The translations under genes were made by a program, and so were the position numbers. Below are positions 48,473 through 62,119 of a stretch of DNA of 64,000 bases, in pieces; the stretch's first letter is position 1; each line of letters opens with the position of its first letter. Source of the stretch: Octopus sinensis (Eukaryota). The notes below the pieces were generated by a model. The model searched no databases. It worked only from the letters and a program-made list of their open reading frames with translations, and was not told the origin of the DNA. The stretch spans positions 92,690,001 to 92,754,000 of the forward strand of contig NC_043002.1 of NCBI RefSeq assembly GCF_006345805.1. The letters run 5' to 3'.

Positions 48473-48669
48473 ATTTAAACACACTAGAAAGAACAGTCAA
48501 AAAGTCCAAACCTCAGTTAAGAGCAATTTCGAAGGGAATGAAAAATAAAACGATTTACCATGTGTTTTTATTCCCTTGGAAATTGCTCTTAACTGTGGTT
48601 TGGACTTTTTGACTGTTCTTTCTAGTATGTTAGGCAACCTGTTAAGGCTCTCCTCTTTTGTGTTTAAAT
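48473..48669. repeat. Inverted repeat, ~62 bp core arms with ~19 nt loop
   Basis: ACTAGAAAGAACAGTCAAAAAGTCCAAACC-CAGTTAAGAGCAATTTC-AAGGGAAT / ATTCCCTT-GAAATTGCTCTTAACTG-GGTTTGGACTTTTTGACTGTTCTTTCTAGT. Confidence 0.9.
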
Positions 48670-48804
48670 GTGCGCGCGTGCGTGCGTGTGTGTGTGTCAG
48701 CCGAAATTGCGAAGATGATCCGGTTGTTGATTAGAGGCTTCGAATGACCCGTCCGTGTTTTTTGTATCGTCTATTTGAATGTTTTGCGTTTTTGTCCCAT
48801 TTTG

Positions 48805-48810
48805 TATTTG

Positions 48811-48841
<31 letters not shown>

Positions 48842-48956
48842 ATATGTATGTGTATGTATGTATGTATATATGTATGTGTGTGTATGTATGTATGTATGTA
48901 TGTATGTATATGTATGTATGTATGTATGTATATGTATGTATGTATATATATATATG

Positions 48957-48988
<32 letters not shown>

Positions 48989-49258
48989 TATGTATGTATG
49001 TATATATATGTATGTATATGTATGTATGTATATATATGTATGTATATGTATGTATGTATATATGTATATGTATGTATGTATAGGTATGTATATGTATGTA
49101 TGTATGTATGTATATGTATGTATGTATATATGTATATGTATGTATGTATATATATGTATATGTATATATATGTATATGTATATATATGTATGTATATGTA
49201 TATGTATGTATATGTATATGTATGTATGTATATGTATATATATGTATATATATATATA
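48805..49258. repeat. (TATG)n/(TA)n compound microsatellite
   Basis: Direct reading. Confidence 0.95.
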
Positions 49259-50047
49259 ACATCGAAAGAGAGAGAGTGGGGAGAGAGTTACACACACACA
49301 CAGCACATCTATACACATAGGCTGCAGTGTTAGTCTCACTGCATGTCTCGCTCCCCCCCCCACTCTATCTTTCTCTGCTGATGGGAGACCGCTGCCTGTA
49401 TTGAGTAGAAACACGGTATTCTCTAATTTCTGCGCACATGCACACACGTGTAATTTGCTGGGATGTCTACAAATGGGAGACGTGAATTTAATGATAGATC
49501 TACATCACGTATTTCAATTCATTTTTTTTCCACACACCCCTTAAATTAACTAATTGCATTGGGATCATTCATTGACCTAGTTTTTTTTTTGTTTTTTTTT
49601 CTCCAGTTCTCTATAAATACAGCTGGAACTTTTAACTATTGGTAACTGACACCTTATCATCTCGTAATGTTTACCCGCAATAGCCAAGCATCTGTCCTAT
49701 AGCATACAGATCACACCCCTCTCCTCTCTCTCTCTCTCTCCCGCTTTGTGTATATATAATTTATATGTATGTATGTTTTGAATTTACTGAAATTATCTTC
49801 GCTGCGGAAGAAGGTAAAACAAAATACCCGACGGCAATTGATAGCGAGTCAGAAGGGGAGATAATCTGAGGAGTCGATTAAAAATTCTGTACTCGTGACG
49901 TTACACGAGACCACAAGGTTCTTCTGTCTTTGCAGATGTCTTGTGTTTTCTATGTCTGTTAGAGCCAAGGTAGGACAACTGTTGTGCTGATGGAAGAAAT
50001 AAAAAGAAAACACGTAGTCGTCTTTATTAATATGGACTAATATATAT

Positions 50048-50495
50048 ATTCAATTCAATTCAATTTTTACTGGCTCAAAAAGCAAAAGCAAGGCCATGTA
50101 GGGGGACAGAGAGTTATGTACAGGGAGGGTGGTCATACAAAGAGTTCAGGCCATTTCTGGTCAAGAGAGACTTTGAACCGAGTGGTCGTCGGCATCTTCA
50201 ATATCTCGTCCGACAGCTTCTTCTACGGATCCGCAACCCGGACGAAGAAAGCCCCTCTCCTTCGATTGAGATGAAATCGTCGCAGATAGAGCTTTTCGGA
50301 GTGACCCCGCAGCCCACGCTCTAGAGCAGGAGTGAAGAACAGTTCTTTCGAGAGGTTACACTTTCCGCTTATGATGTTGTGAGCGAGAATGAGATCACCA
50401 CGGCGTCGTCGTTTTTCGAGAGAATAAAGGTCGAGCGTCTTCAGCCTTTCTTCATAAGACAAATGTTTGAGACCTAGAACCAGGCGGGTAGCCAG

Positions 50496-50498
<3 letters not shown>
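50048..50498 (-). mobile_element. 5'-truncated CR1-type LINE: ORF2 C-terminus and (ATTGA)n tail
   Basis: KLATRLVLGLKHLSYEERLKTLDLYSLEKRRRRGDLI...LRGHSEKL...RRGAFFVRVADP* is the typical CR1 ORF2 end (stop where W is expected); tail ATTGAATTGAATTGAAT; sits in (TA)n. Confidence 0.9.
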
Positions 50499-50543
<45 letters not shown>

Positions 50544-51612
50544 GTTGAAATTTACAGAAAAACAAAAGACGAAAACATGTGTACGAACAACAAACAGGTG
50601 TATTAGTTTGACGCTCTGGAAAGTGAGAAAGTGTCGAGACGACGTTCTTCAGCAGAAAGGAATAAGAGAAAAGAGAGAATACACACACACACACACACAC
50701 ACACAAATTAAATGACGGCTGCTGGCTGTAAAGATAGGGCGCCGTCCAAAGTTGTGCCTTTTGCAGTTAGTACATAAGTACCTGTTACGGTTTTAGTTGA
50801 AATCCTGTCAAGATGGCTAAAATAAGTATTTCTTATAATAGATTATGCGTAAGAAAGGGGTGCCCCAGCATGTCCAATTAACAATAAGTTATCACCTATA
50901 TCATCATTTGCCCATATTAGCGTGATGAGTTAAACGAAAGTTGTTACGGCAGTTTTCTACGGCCAGGTGCCTTTCTGTCGCCAACTTTATTTCTTTTCAA
51001 CTAAGTTATTTGTCGTCTTGCTCTTTCGCTTGTCGAATCTAACGTGTGTGTGTGTGTGTGTGTGCGTGCGTGCGCACGTGTATGCATGTATGTATATACG
51101 CACGTATGTGTGTGTGTGTTGTTAATGTTTGAAAACACTATAAAGTAGCCTCTGATCATTTGCTGACTGTGCGTCAAAATCATTGAACCTGCCGATAGGG
51201 GAAAACTTTAGAACGTCAACACACACACACACACACGCGACCGCGCTAACTGTGAAAGTGAAAGTAGAAAGAGAGAGAGATGAGCTGATAGCTGAGACTA
51301 AACAATGACTGCGATGACAACAGAAATAACAAACTCTGCTCGTTTCATTGACACTTAAACTATTCAATACTCATCATCACTCTTCCCGCCACCCTTCATT
51401 GAGGTACACTGCAATTACATTAAGTCCAGTAGAGGAGGTGGAAACTAGATTTCTCTTGATGTTTCTCTTATTATTGATCAGAGAAAGCGATTGGGAGAAC
51501 GAGAGAAACTTCACCTCAGCATTCACTTTGCGTTACATCCAGTCATATTAACTCCTGCACATATGAATACACCATACGAATATGTAAACATACACACAAA
51601 TTTATATACACA

Positions 51613-51985
51613 CTAGCACTATGACCCAGCAACGCCGGGTCATAGTGCTAGTGCATGCATATACAGTTGCGTGCGTGCGCACATACACTCGAGTACTGTC
51701 CAAATCTCCGACCAATCACATACAGCTAGCTGGCATTCAATTGGCGTATCAAGTTTCGGAGTATTTTGATTGGGTTTTGGATAGAAAATTCACAAAAAAG
51801 TCACTTCTCTTGATTTTTTAATGGCTTTGCGGGGTGACTGGGGAAATGTAAGGATGTCCACGACCACCCTTGGACGGTTTTGAATGGCCATAGAAAGTGC
51901 GAGCCCTCTAACTGAAAAATTGTGGATTTGTATAAAGGACACACACACACACACAGACATTTTGCCGTTTATATATATAGAGAGA
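51613..51985 (-). mobile_element. Non-autonomous Helitron (second family)
   Basis: rc begins A|TCTCTCTATATATAT; internal (CA)n; ends with hairpin CCCGGCGTTGCTGGG and CTAG|T. Confidence 0.75.
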
Positions 51986-52611
51986 TTTTACATAGCGAAA
52001 CGACCTGCAGTGTGCAGTGTTGCTAAAACTAGTGTTCTGTCCTTTTAGGTTTCAAAACTTCGCTGTTCGGTAAATGGATCTCGATAAAAATATAATTGCT
52101 GGGACTGATATAATCTGTGAAAGGAGTACTCCAGTGTGATCACACACACACACACACGCGCGTAATGAGATCAATAAAAGAATGAAGGAACAGCATAGCT
52201 GTGCGCACGCGGCGTTTGTGTGTGTGTTAGTGCGTGTGTGCGTAAACCAGTATGGGTTTGTAGAGCTTTGTGTGTATGCGTATGCGAGTTTAAATTGCGT
52301 GTATTGTTTTGTATGTCTGTGTGTCTATATGCGTATGTATGCTTTTTGTGTATGTATGTATTTGTGTGTTTATGTTTAGTCACAGTATGTAAATCTACGT
52401 GTTGTTTTGACTCAAATCAACCGTGAACAGTGTTATGATCAGAAGCGTTCCAACCGTGACGGTGCCGTTTTATATTTCTCTGTCAGCAACTTCATTGTTC
52501 AAGGTATCCTTTATTGAAGACAGTAAGATGATTTGAAGATGATTTGGCTGCTAGTTCTAATAGGTCGAATGACCATGTAGGGGCCTAATTGATTCAAATC
52601 CACGTATGTAT

Positions 52612-52900
52612 CTTTTACTTGTTTCAGACTGCGGTTATGTTGGGACATTGCCTTGAAGAATGAATTTCAGTCGAACGAATCGACCCCAGTGCTAATTCTT
52701 TTAAAAGCTTGGTACTTATTTCTCTTTTGCCGCGCCGCTAAATTACGGGAACGTAAACAAATCAGCACTTGTCAAGCAGTGGTGGGACAGACAGACAGAC
52801 ACACACACACACAACACACACCACACACACACACACACACAACACACACACACACACACATACACCACGGGTTTCATTTAGTTTCTGTCACTCACAAGAC
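52612..52900 (-). mobile_element. Diverged SINE-B
   Basis: CTTTTACTTGTTTCAGACTGCGG...CCGCTAAATTACGGGAACGTAAAC. Confidence 0.6.
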
Positions 52901-53088
52901 AGTTACTCATTATGAGAAAAATTATAAGAGTCTAAAACCGTCCGTAGAGCATGAATAATGTGTGGAGAAAATCAATTGTGAACTTCAGAAGTCATGCAGG
53001 TTTGCACACACACACACACACACACACACGCGCGCGCAACCTGACTTTTATATAGAGATATAATTATAATGATGAGATAGAGAAGCAG

Positions 53089-53121
<33 letters not shown>

Positions 53122-53396
53122 ACTCACACACACACACACACACCACACACACACACAGGATACAACGGCTGTAATGGTTTGGTTTGTTGGGGCTTAGCCC
53201 TTAGCGAATCTTGCTATAGCAAATTTATAATGAAAGATATTCTAGCCATGAAGTTCTGTCATATTCAGATGTCTCCCAGTACATTACCACACATGATCGG
53301 AGACATATAAGAAGGATTCGGTTATTATTTCTAGCAACTTGAACAGCATGTAGAGGCCTTCTTCATTGTCACTGAGTTGAGGGTGGCGGTAGTAAT

Positions 53397-53626
53397 GCGG
53401 CGAGCTGGCAGAATCGTTAGCACGTCGGGCGAAATGCTTTGCGGTATTTCGGCTGCCGTTACGTTGTGAGTTCAAATTCCGCCGAGGTCGACTTTGCCTT
53501 TCATCCTTTCAGGGTCGATAAATTAAGTACCAGTTAAACACTGGGTCGATATAATCGACTTAATACCTATGTCTGTCCATGTTTGTCCCGTCTGTGTTTG
53601 GCCCCTTGTGGGTAGTAAAGAAATAG
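53397..53626 (+). mobile_element. SINE-A, near full length
   Basis: TSD GTAGTAATGCGG whose GCGG overlaps the SINE 5' end. Confidence 0.92.
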
Positions 53627-55932
53627 GTAGTAATGCGGTTTGTGGATTGATGATAATGGTAGTGGCTATGGTGCTAGTAAGAGTGATGTCACCGTTTTAC
53701 TCCTCTACCCCGATTACCTAACTGGTACTTTTATTAAATTGTTCATTTTCTACTGTTGCTATTGTTCTTAACGTGGCGAGCAGAAAATTATCAAAAGCGT
53801 TCCAACTCTGACCATTGCGTCTATTAATTAGAACATTGTCTATAATATGAAGGAAGATTTGGTTGTTATTTCCAGCAAAGGGAGCAATCACACAAAGGCT
53901 TCCCCCATACCGGCTACTGATGCTGCTGCTGCTGTTGTTGTTATTAAAAGCAATGACTTCTACAAAACGACGACAAATATTCCTTTTTATTTTCTTATTG
54001 AACATGTAATTTGTAGTTATTCCTTTATTCTAGAGAGAGAGAGAGAGCAAAGGAATGGGAGAATCATAGAATGATAGAACTGTAGAATGGTTTGTTCGGT
54101 AATATAGCTGGATGAAATACCTTCCGGTATATTGTGCGATATGGCCAAGGGGAAATGGCTCTGTGGAACTCCCTGCTTATTAAATACAGACATACGATGA
54201 TGGATTACCACTTTTGTAGTATGGCCAGTTAATTATAAAACTTGAAATATCTGAGGTTATCTACGTAATTAGTAAACAAAACCTCCCTCTGGAGACGATT
54301 AGCTTTTATTACACAAAAAGTAAGGGAAATACCTTCAAAAGGATCAGTTGACATTTTGGGACAATGCTGACTACAATCGCCATTTCCTTCATTATCACAC
54401 TATATTACAGTTACACATCGCTGTACACCACATTACACTTCACTACGCTTGCGCCACGCTACACTTTGTTACACTACACTTGGGCCACTGAAAACTTACG
54501 TCACACTACACTTAATTCACATTTCACTTGCACCACACTGCACTTACTCCATACTATACTTGCGTCACACTACAAACTGCACTTACACTACACTTACGCC
54601 ACACTGCAATGCTCCACTGCGATACTGCCCAATTCTTAACTATACCGCAACAATAACGCTACACCATATCACACTAGAGCACAAAACTCCACCGCCCATA
54701 CCATACCACACAACACCGTCAAGCACCTCAAATACACTACAACACATAGAACGTGACACTACGCCACACAGCGCCACTCCACACACGCTACGTTACACAA
54801 CGAAACTCTCCAACACTTCACAAAAATGTCATTTTTAATCATCTTCGACGAATTCCTTTCGCTGCCATCATCATCGTAGTCACCATCACCATTTCACTCT
54901 CATTATCACTCTGCACCGCCTGCACCACCATCACCCCCCCCCCCCCCGCCACTGACACTTAATTTTCGACCTCGCTTTCCCCTTTCTTTCGCTTTCCCCA
55001 CACTCCTTCCCTTGTATATCGGTGTCCCGGCTTCCCTCTCCTTTTCACTATCCACATCTTTGCAACTCTTTGTAACTTTCCCTCCCATCCATCTATTTAT
55101 CCATCCATCTGTCTGTCTATCTGCGTCAGTTTGCCCACCAACCCGTCCGTCTATTTATCGATCTCTCCTCCCCCCTCTCTCTCTCTCTGTTTCTCTCTCT
55201 CTTTATCCATCTATTTATATCTGCCAGTCTGTCTTATATATCTAGCTTGTAGCTATGTAAATCTCTTTAGTTTTGTGTAACCCCACCTCCCGTCTTTTCC
55301 TAATGTTTTGATGTAAACAAATTGGTATGTTTCTGATAAAAACAAATGCGTATGTCTTATATAATAGCGTGTCTGTGTATTTGCGTACATAAATATGTGG
55401 GTTTGTACTTGTACATATATACATGTATGTACACACACCGTATTTCATGGCGCACATTTTTTTCCCCCAAAACAAGAAAAAAAAAATGACCCAGCATCTC
55501 CTCTATGTGCGAAATTTGGCCTATATTACATGCCTTAATGCACTAAATACTTTTTTTTTTTCCTAAATATGCGTTGCTGATAATGTGGTGCGTTTGATAT
55601 GCGCGTGTCTTTTATGCTATCAAATACGACATTACGCACACATAGATAGGCGGGAAAGAGAGAGGCGGGTGTATGCATACGTATGCATTATAATTCCTGG
55701 ACAGTATTTAAATATCTTTTTGGCTCTGCGGTCATATTGTATTCAATGATATAGGTGTCGAAACCATAAGGATTTCCAACTGATGGTAGGATGCCTCTGT
55801 CCTATTCGATTTAAATTATTATTATGATGTGTATGTAATAGTTTCTACACTTACCCTTTTTTCTATTTCTTTTTTATTGATTGTTCGGGCTTGAATATCT
55901 TCATCATCATCATCATCATTCTGATTGTATTC

Positions 55933-56531
55933 CTATTTCTTTATTACCCACAAGGGGCTAAACACAAGTGGACAAACAAGGACAGTCATCGGTATTAAGT
56001 CGATTACATCGACCCCAGTGCGTAAGTGGTACTTAATTTATCGACCCCGAAAGGATGAAAGGCAAAGTCGACCTCAGCGGAATTTGAACTCACAACGTAA
56101 CGCAGACGAAATACCTATTTCTTTACTACCTACAAGGGGCTAAACACAGAGGGGACAAACAAGGACAGACATAGGTATTAAGTCGATTACATCGACCCCA
56201 GTGCGTAACTGGTACTTAATTTATCGACCCCGAAAGGATGAAAGGCAAAGTCGACCTCGGCGGAATTTGAACTCACAACGTAACGCAGACGAAATACCTA
56301 TTTCTTTATTACCCACAAGGGGCTAAACACAGAGGGGACAAACAAGGACAGACATAGGTATTAAGTCGATTACATCGACCCCAGTGCGTAACTGGTACTT
56401 AATTTATCGACCCCGAAAGGATGAAAGGCAAAGTCGACCTCGGCGGAATTTGAACTCACAACGTAACGGCAGACGAAATACCGCTAAGCATTTCGCCCGG
56501 CGTGCTAACGTTTCTGCCAGCTCGCCGCCTT
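55933..56531 (-). mobile_element. SINE-A trimer
   Basis: Junctions at 56114/56115 and 56297/56298 (GAAATAC|CTATTTC on + strand); flanking ATTCTGATTGTATTC duplication. Confidence 0.92.
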
Positions 56532-56821
56532 GTGTTGTATTCTGATTGTATTCCCCAGCATTTCTTAGTTTTTTTCTCTTATTGTCTTGTATGGAGTTGG
56601 AACTAGTTTTGTTGTTTTTGTTGTTTCCCTTTATGCTTGGGACTTCATGGGTGTTATATTAAATTTGATGCAAATAGAAGTTGGTATTTGGTTATTAGGC
56701 ACATAGCCATAAGTACAACAGGACTGTTGTGGCGTTAGTTATTGGGTGAGATATTTGCTGATATTACATAGATTTGTGGTATGTATACGTGTGTGAGTGT
56801 GTGTGTGTAATTATTATTATT

Positions 56822-56995
56822 AAGGCGGCGAGCTGGCACCGCCGGCCAAAGTGCTTAGCGGCCAATTCCGCCGGGCTTGAATTTGCTTCTCATCCTTTTG
56901 AGGTCAATGAAATGAGTACCAGTTGTGCACTGGGTCGATATAATCGACGTACCCCTTCCGCCGTAATTGCCGGCCTTGTGCTAAAATTTGAATCC
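56822..56995 (+). mobile_element. Diverged SINE-A
   Basis: AAGGCGGCGAGCTGGC head, CATCCTTTTGAGGTCAATGAAATGAGTACCAG core. Confidence 0.65.
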
Positions 56996-57214
56996 ATTTA
57001 TTATTAGTAGTAATAGTATTAGTAGTAGTAGTAGTATATGGGATGTGTGTGTATGTATGCATACGTACGTATTTCTTGGAAAACTGGTTTGGGTTAGCAA
57101 TAGGAAGATCTGTTTAACGATTTTGTTCAACAGTTTTACTCTAATCCAGTGGTTTTCAACGAACTTTGATTCCTAATACTTCGCCTCCATAAAGCGCTTC
57201 GTGTGTATATATGT

Positions 57215-57365
57215 ATATACGACGGGCTTTCCGTCTACCAAATCCACTCACAAAGGCTCTGGCCGGCTTGAGGCTATAGTAGAAGACACTTGACCATGGT
57301 ACCATGCAGTGGAACTGAACCTGGGACTATGTGGTTGGGAAGCAAGCTTCTTACCACACAGCCAA
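57215..57365 (-). mobile_element. SINE-B 5' half
   Basis: TTCCGTCTACCAAATCCACTCAC...CTTACCACACAGCC. Confidence 0.75.
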
Positions 57366-57969
57366 GCATATATATATATATTATATATATATATATATAA
57401 ATGAAGTATGGAAACGGAAAACAGAGTTCGCAAGAATCTTTATTCATCACAACGATCGTTTCGACCCATCCTGCATAGGTCCCTTGTGGGTAGGACATTT
57501 ATATACCTGGTTGTGTTGCCAAATAATTACTTATATGCGCAAACACACACACACACACACAACGGACTTCCATACAATTTCTGTCTACTTGTCCGGGTGT
57601 ATAGTAAAACACAGTAGCTTACGTGGCTGCCAAGCGTACTTCATAATCAACCTTCTGTACATGCACGCATACACAACCAGGTGTGGAAAAACAGGAAGAG
57701 TATTTGGCTGTATAAAATTCCCTTTAGTATTTTCGTGTGCTTTATTCCACCTTAGGGGGCGAAACAAACAAAATAAAAAACATCTAAAACCCCGAATATG
57801 ACACATAACATAAGTGGGGACCGAAACCGTAGCTGTTTGGTTACAAAACGACCTTGTTAACTACACAACCAAAGACAGATATTTCATATATGCCTGATCA
57901 GTTACACAAGCACATAGGGAGAACTAGTTAACTAGTCGAATGTTCAATTGTTCACACTTTCTCACAATC

Positions 57970-58003
57970 GCTCTCTCCTTCCTCATCATCATCTCTCTCT
58001 TCT

Positions 58004-58093
<90 letters not shown>

Positions 58094-58114
58094 CTCTTCT
58101 CTCTCTCTCTCTCT

Positions 58115-58190
<76 letters not shown>
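57970..58190. repeat. (CT)n with CTT interruptions
   Basis: Direct reading. Confidence 0.95.
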
Positions 58191-58191
<1 letters not shown>

Positions 58192-58590
58192 ACACGCGCG
58201 CACACATGTTCAGAATGTATGGACGACTTAACTACAAACAGGTTAACTACAGCCTCTCATTTCCTGTGCAACCAAACATGCTTCCTTCTCTGAAAGCATG
58301 CAAGTTTGTGTTGTTCTGTAATTTACATACATCTGTGAATGCATGGTTCTTTATGTATACGCATTCGTATATGTATGTAATTTACAGAACAACACAGACT
58401 TGCATGCATTATATATATATATATACACACACACATACACACGTGGATATGTATAATATTGCATACGTATCTCTATCTATCTATCTATCTATCTCTCTGT
58501 ATATACATACTCACAGATAGAGATTGATAGACATATATCTATATAGATTGCATATGTTTGTATGCACACACATATGCAGTCACAGACACA

Positions 58591-58627
<37 letters not shown>

Positions 58628-58913
58628 TGATCCGGCTACTACTTATCGATTGACCTGAATTATATAAGTCTATGTTGGTCAGTCTAACTTTAGATATCTC
58701 TAGTTGCACCTCTCGCTGTGTGTGTGTATGTGCGTGCGTGTGCGCATGTGTGTGTATGCACATATATAAGTGTGTTGATGTATGTATACATCTCTATCGA
58801 TCTATTGGCCAGTCTGTCCATCTTATCTTTTTCAGCTTCTTTCTTTCTATATCACTACTCCAGATATTTATCATCAATCAGCCTTCCTAATTATCTATCG
58901 ATCTCTCTCTCAA

Positions 58914-58945
<32 letters not shown>

Positions 58946-59067
58946 GCTCTCGCTCGCTCGCTCAAACTCGCGTTTCCGTTACCGCCCTCTCCACCTAAAT
59001 CTCGTCATTTTCGAGGAATGTCGGCTTTTCTTTGTACCAAAAAATCAATAACATTATGTCTGTGAAA

Positions 59068-59540
59068 ATGTACGTGTGTGTATACGTCTGTGTACGTGTG
59101 TGTATACGTCTGTGTACGTGTGTGTATACGTCTGTGTACGTGTGTGTATACGTCTGTGAACGTGTGTGTATACGTCGGTGTACGCGTGTGCATACGTCTG
59201 TGTACGCGTGTGTATACGTCGGTGTGCGCGTGTGTATACGTCGGTGTACGTGTGTGTACACGTCGGCGTACGTGTGTGTATACGTCGGTGTACGTGTGTG
59301 TATACGTCTGTGTACGTGTGTGTATACGTCTGTGTACGTGTGTGTGTATACGTCTGTGTACGTGTGTGTGTATACGTCTGTGTACGTGTGTGTACGTCTG
59401 TGTACGTGTGTATACGTCTGTGTACGCGTGTGTATACGTCGGTGTACGCGTGTGCATACGTCTGTGTACGCGTGTGTATACGTCGATGTGCGCGTGTGTA
59501 TACGTCGGTTTACGCGCGTGTATACGTCTGTGTACGAGTG
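59068..59540. repeat. ~22 bp minisatellite GTACGTGTGTGTATACGTC(T/G)GT
   Basis: About 20 tandem units with point variants. Confidence 0.9.
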
Positions 59541-60021
59541 TGCTTCTGCGTGCATGTACGAATGTGTGAATATGCTCGATACTCGTGTGTAACTGAGTGT
59601 GTCGGCTTGTGTGTGTAGATGTTTGCGTAATTAGTTTGTGTGTGTGTCTGTATATAGACACAGATATACACACACACACATGCACAGACACACAGGCACA
59701 TGCACACACACAGGCACCTGCACACGCACACACACAGGCACACACTCACACAAGCACACACTCACACACACAGACAGATACACAGACACACACACACGGG
59801 CACACACACACACGCAAACAGGCACTCACACACACAGACAGATACAGACACGCAGGCACAGACACACACAGGCGCACACACAAAGACACGCGCACGCACA
59901 TACACATACATACACATACATGCACATATACATACACACGCATATACATCAGATATATAGATAGATATATACACATGAATGTAGGTATGTCTATACGTAT
60001 ATGATGAGTATGTTTGCGTGC

Positions 60022-60074
<53 letters not shown>

Positions 60075-60840
60075 CACACTCATGCACACGCTTTGTGAAT
60101 ACCTCTGCGGCTCTTAGTGTTTGTCGCTCATAATCCATAAGTCTATAGCTTTCTCTGTGTATGGATATTTATGTATGTGCGTATATGTCCGTACCCGTAC
60201 CTTTCTCCCTGTGTGTGTGTGTGTGGGTGTGTGTGTAGAATAAATTTACATATCTGTCTACCAGTCGTTTGCCGTTTTGACAATGGAAAGCAGCTGACTG
60301 ACTGGCTGCCTCTCATATTTTCACTGATACATGCTCGCCCACACGTGTGCATGTGTGTGTGTGTGTGTGTAGAAATATGTTTGTATTTAAGTGTACAATT
60401 ACTATAATGTGCACACTTAATGAGCTACTGTTCAAAATACCATTTAACGTGTGTGTGTGTGTGTTTATGTGTCCTCATGTGTCTGTGTGTGTGTAAAGGG
60501 GGTCTGTTTTAGAGGCATTATAGGCCCCTGGATAGTCACTTGCACTAGGCTGTATAGCCATAGAATTAGGCCCCTAGATTCGTGAAGCTCCCAGGAAACT
60601 ACCCAGTATTCCCATACTTTATGACAGCACTAGCTGCCCTCTTTGACAACAGGTTTGCAAGATGACTGCAAAGGAAATTTTGTACTAAGTACGATGCTAT
60701 TGTATCGGGGTTCTTCCCCAGATTTCTTTTGTCCAGAAAAGCAGCCTTGGTTTGAGGCTATAATAGGCCAATGATGAGAGCCAGTGTTTTAAGGGTAGGG
60801 CTGAAAAGTCTTCGAATATAGCTGATCTAAGGTTTTAGGA

Positions 60841-61136
60841 TCCCCTTCGGTCATGGAGACCGTGGGATTGCGCCTAGAAAGTTCCCCTCCGTGGCACAAG
60901 TCTGGGCAAAGTTGTTTATTGAAGACCAGCAGTCACTCATGCATACCAGCGTCCTCTCTCCGCGCCACTGATGTTATCCAAGGAAAGGCCATGGCCGCAA
61001 CACATTTCTACAGTTGAGTGAACTGGAGCAATATGAAAATAAAGTGTCTTGCTCAAGAAGACAACCCGTACGGGAATCGAACCCGCTACCTCGCGATTAT
61101 GAGTTCGACGCTCTAACCACTGAGCCATGCTTCTCA
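60841..61136 (-). mobile_element. SINE with C-type head and the tail seen at 7709
   Basis: CCCTTCGGTCATGG..CCGTGGGATTGCGCCTAGAAAG; AAAGTGTCTTGCTCAAG; TAACCACTGAGCCATGC. Confidence 0.75.
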
Positions 61137-61560
61137 GCAGCGACAACATCCTGCATTTGGCCTGCTTTTTCGTCTACCAAATAATTTCCCTCTATCGTTT
61201 TGTTATCATCTCACCAACATGTGCTTCATGTGTATTTTTTCTATGACGGGGGTCAGCAACAAGTGAACTATTGTAGCCCTAAAATGGTTCATCGAGGTAT
61301 ATTCTCTGATGGATTTCAAACTTTTCGAAAGGTCTTCAAGTTTAATATATTTGTGGGTCGTTGAACAGTCTACATAGGAGTTTGCGTCACGATTTGTTTA
61401 ATTTTCGCTTACATAAGTGTTGCCAAAATAAGAATGTGGAGGTAATACGCAGGGATATGGCCAAATGTAAAAATAAAGTGGACTACTACGAAGCGAAATT
61501 AGTGATTCCTGTTCTATGGTATACCTTCATCACTAGTTTTGACAACGATTGTTTCCCATA

Positions 61561-61953
61561 TACTCTTTTACTTGTTTCAGTCATTTGACTGCGGCTATGC
61601 TGGAGCACCGCCTTTAGTCGAGCAAATCGACCGCAGCACTCATTCTTTGTAAGCCTAGTACTTATTCTATCGGTCTCTTTTGCCGAACCGCTAGGTGACG
61701 GGGACGAAAACACACCAGCATCGGTTGTAAAGCGATGTTGGGGGGACAAACACATACACACACACACATATATATATATATATACATATATACGACAGGC
61801 TTCTTTCAGTTTCCGTCTACCAAATCCACTCACAAGGCTTTGGTCAGCCCGAGGCTATAGTAGAAGACACTTGCCCAAAGTGCCTCGCAGTGGAACTGAA
61901 CCCGGAACCATGTGGTTCGTAAGCAAGCTACTTACCACACAGCCACTCCTGCG
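61561..61953 (-). mobile_element. SINE-B, full length
   Basis: Tail-to-head match; CCATAT on both flanks. Confidence 0.9.
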
Positions 61954-62119
61954 TCCATATGGCCAAACTTCTACAGCAATATCACTTGTTGAGAACACTA
62001 CAGCTAATCGCACTTTCAAGTTTCCATAAAATGTCATGTTATAATCATTATATTAATTAATATAATCATTATATTAATTAATCCCCACTTAAACGTGGAT
62101 GTTCTGTTAGAACAAGCTA

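Noticed and set aside
61486-61560. GKQSLSKLVMKVYHRTGIT, faintly like Crypton tyrosine-recombinase motifs
   Set aside because: The expected H-x-x-R motif is absent and stops follow; insufficient evidence
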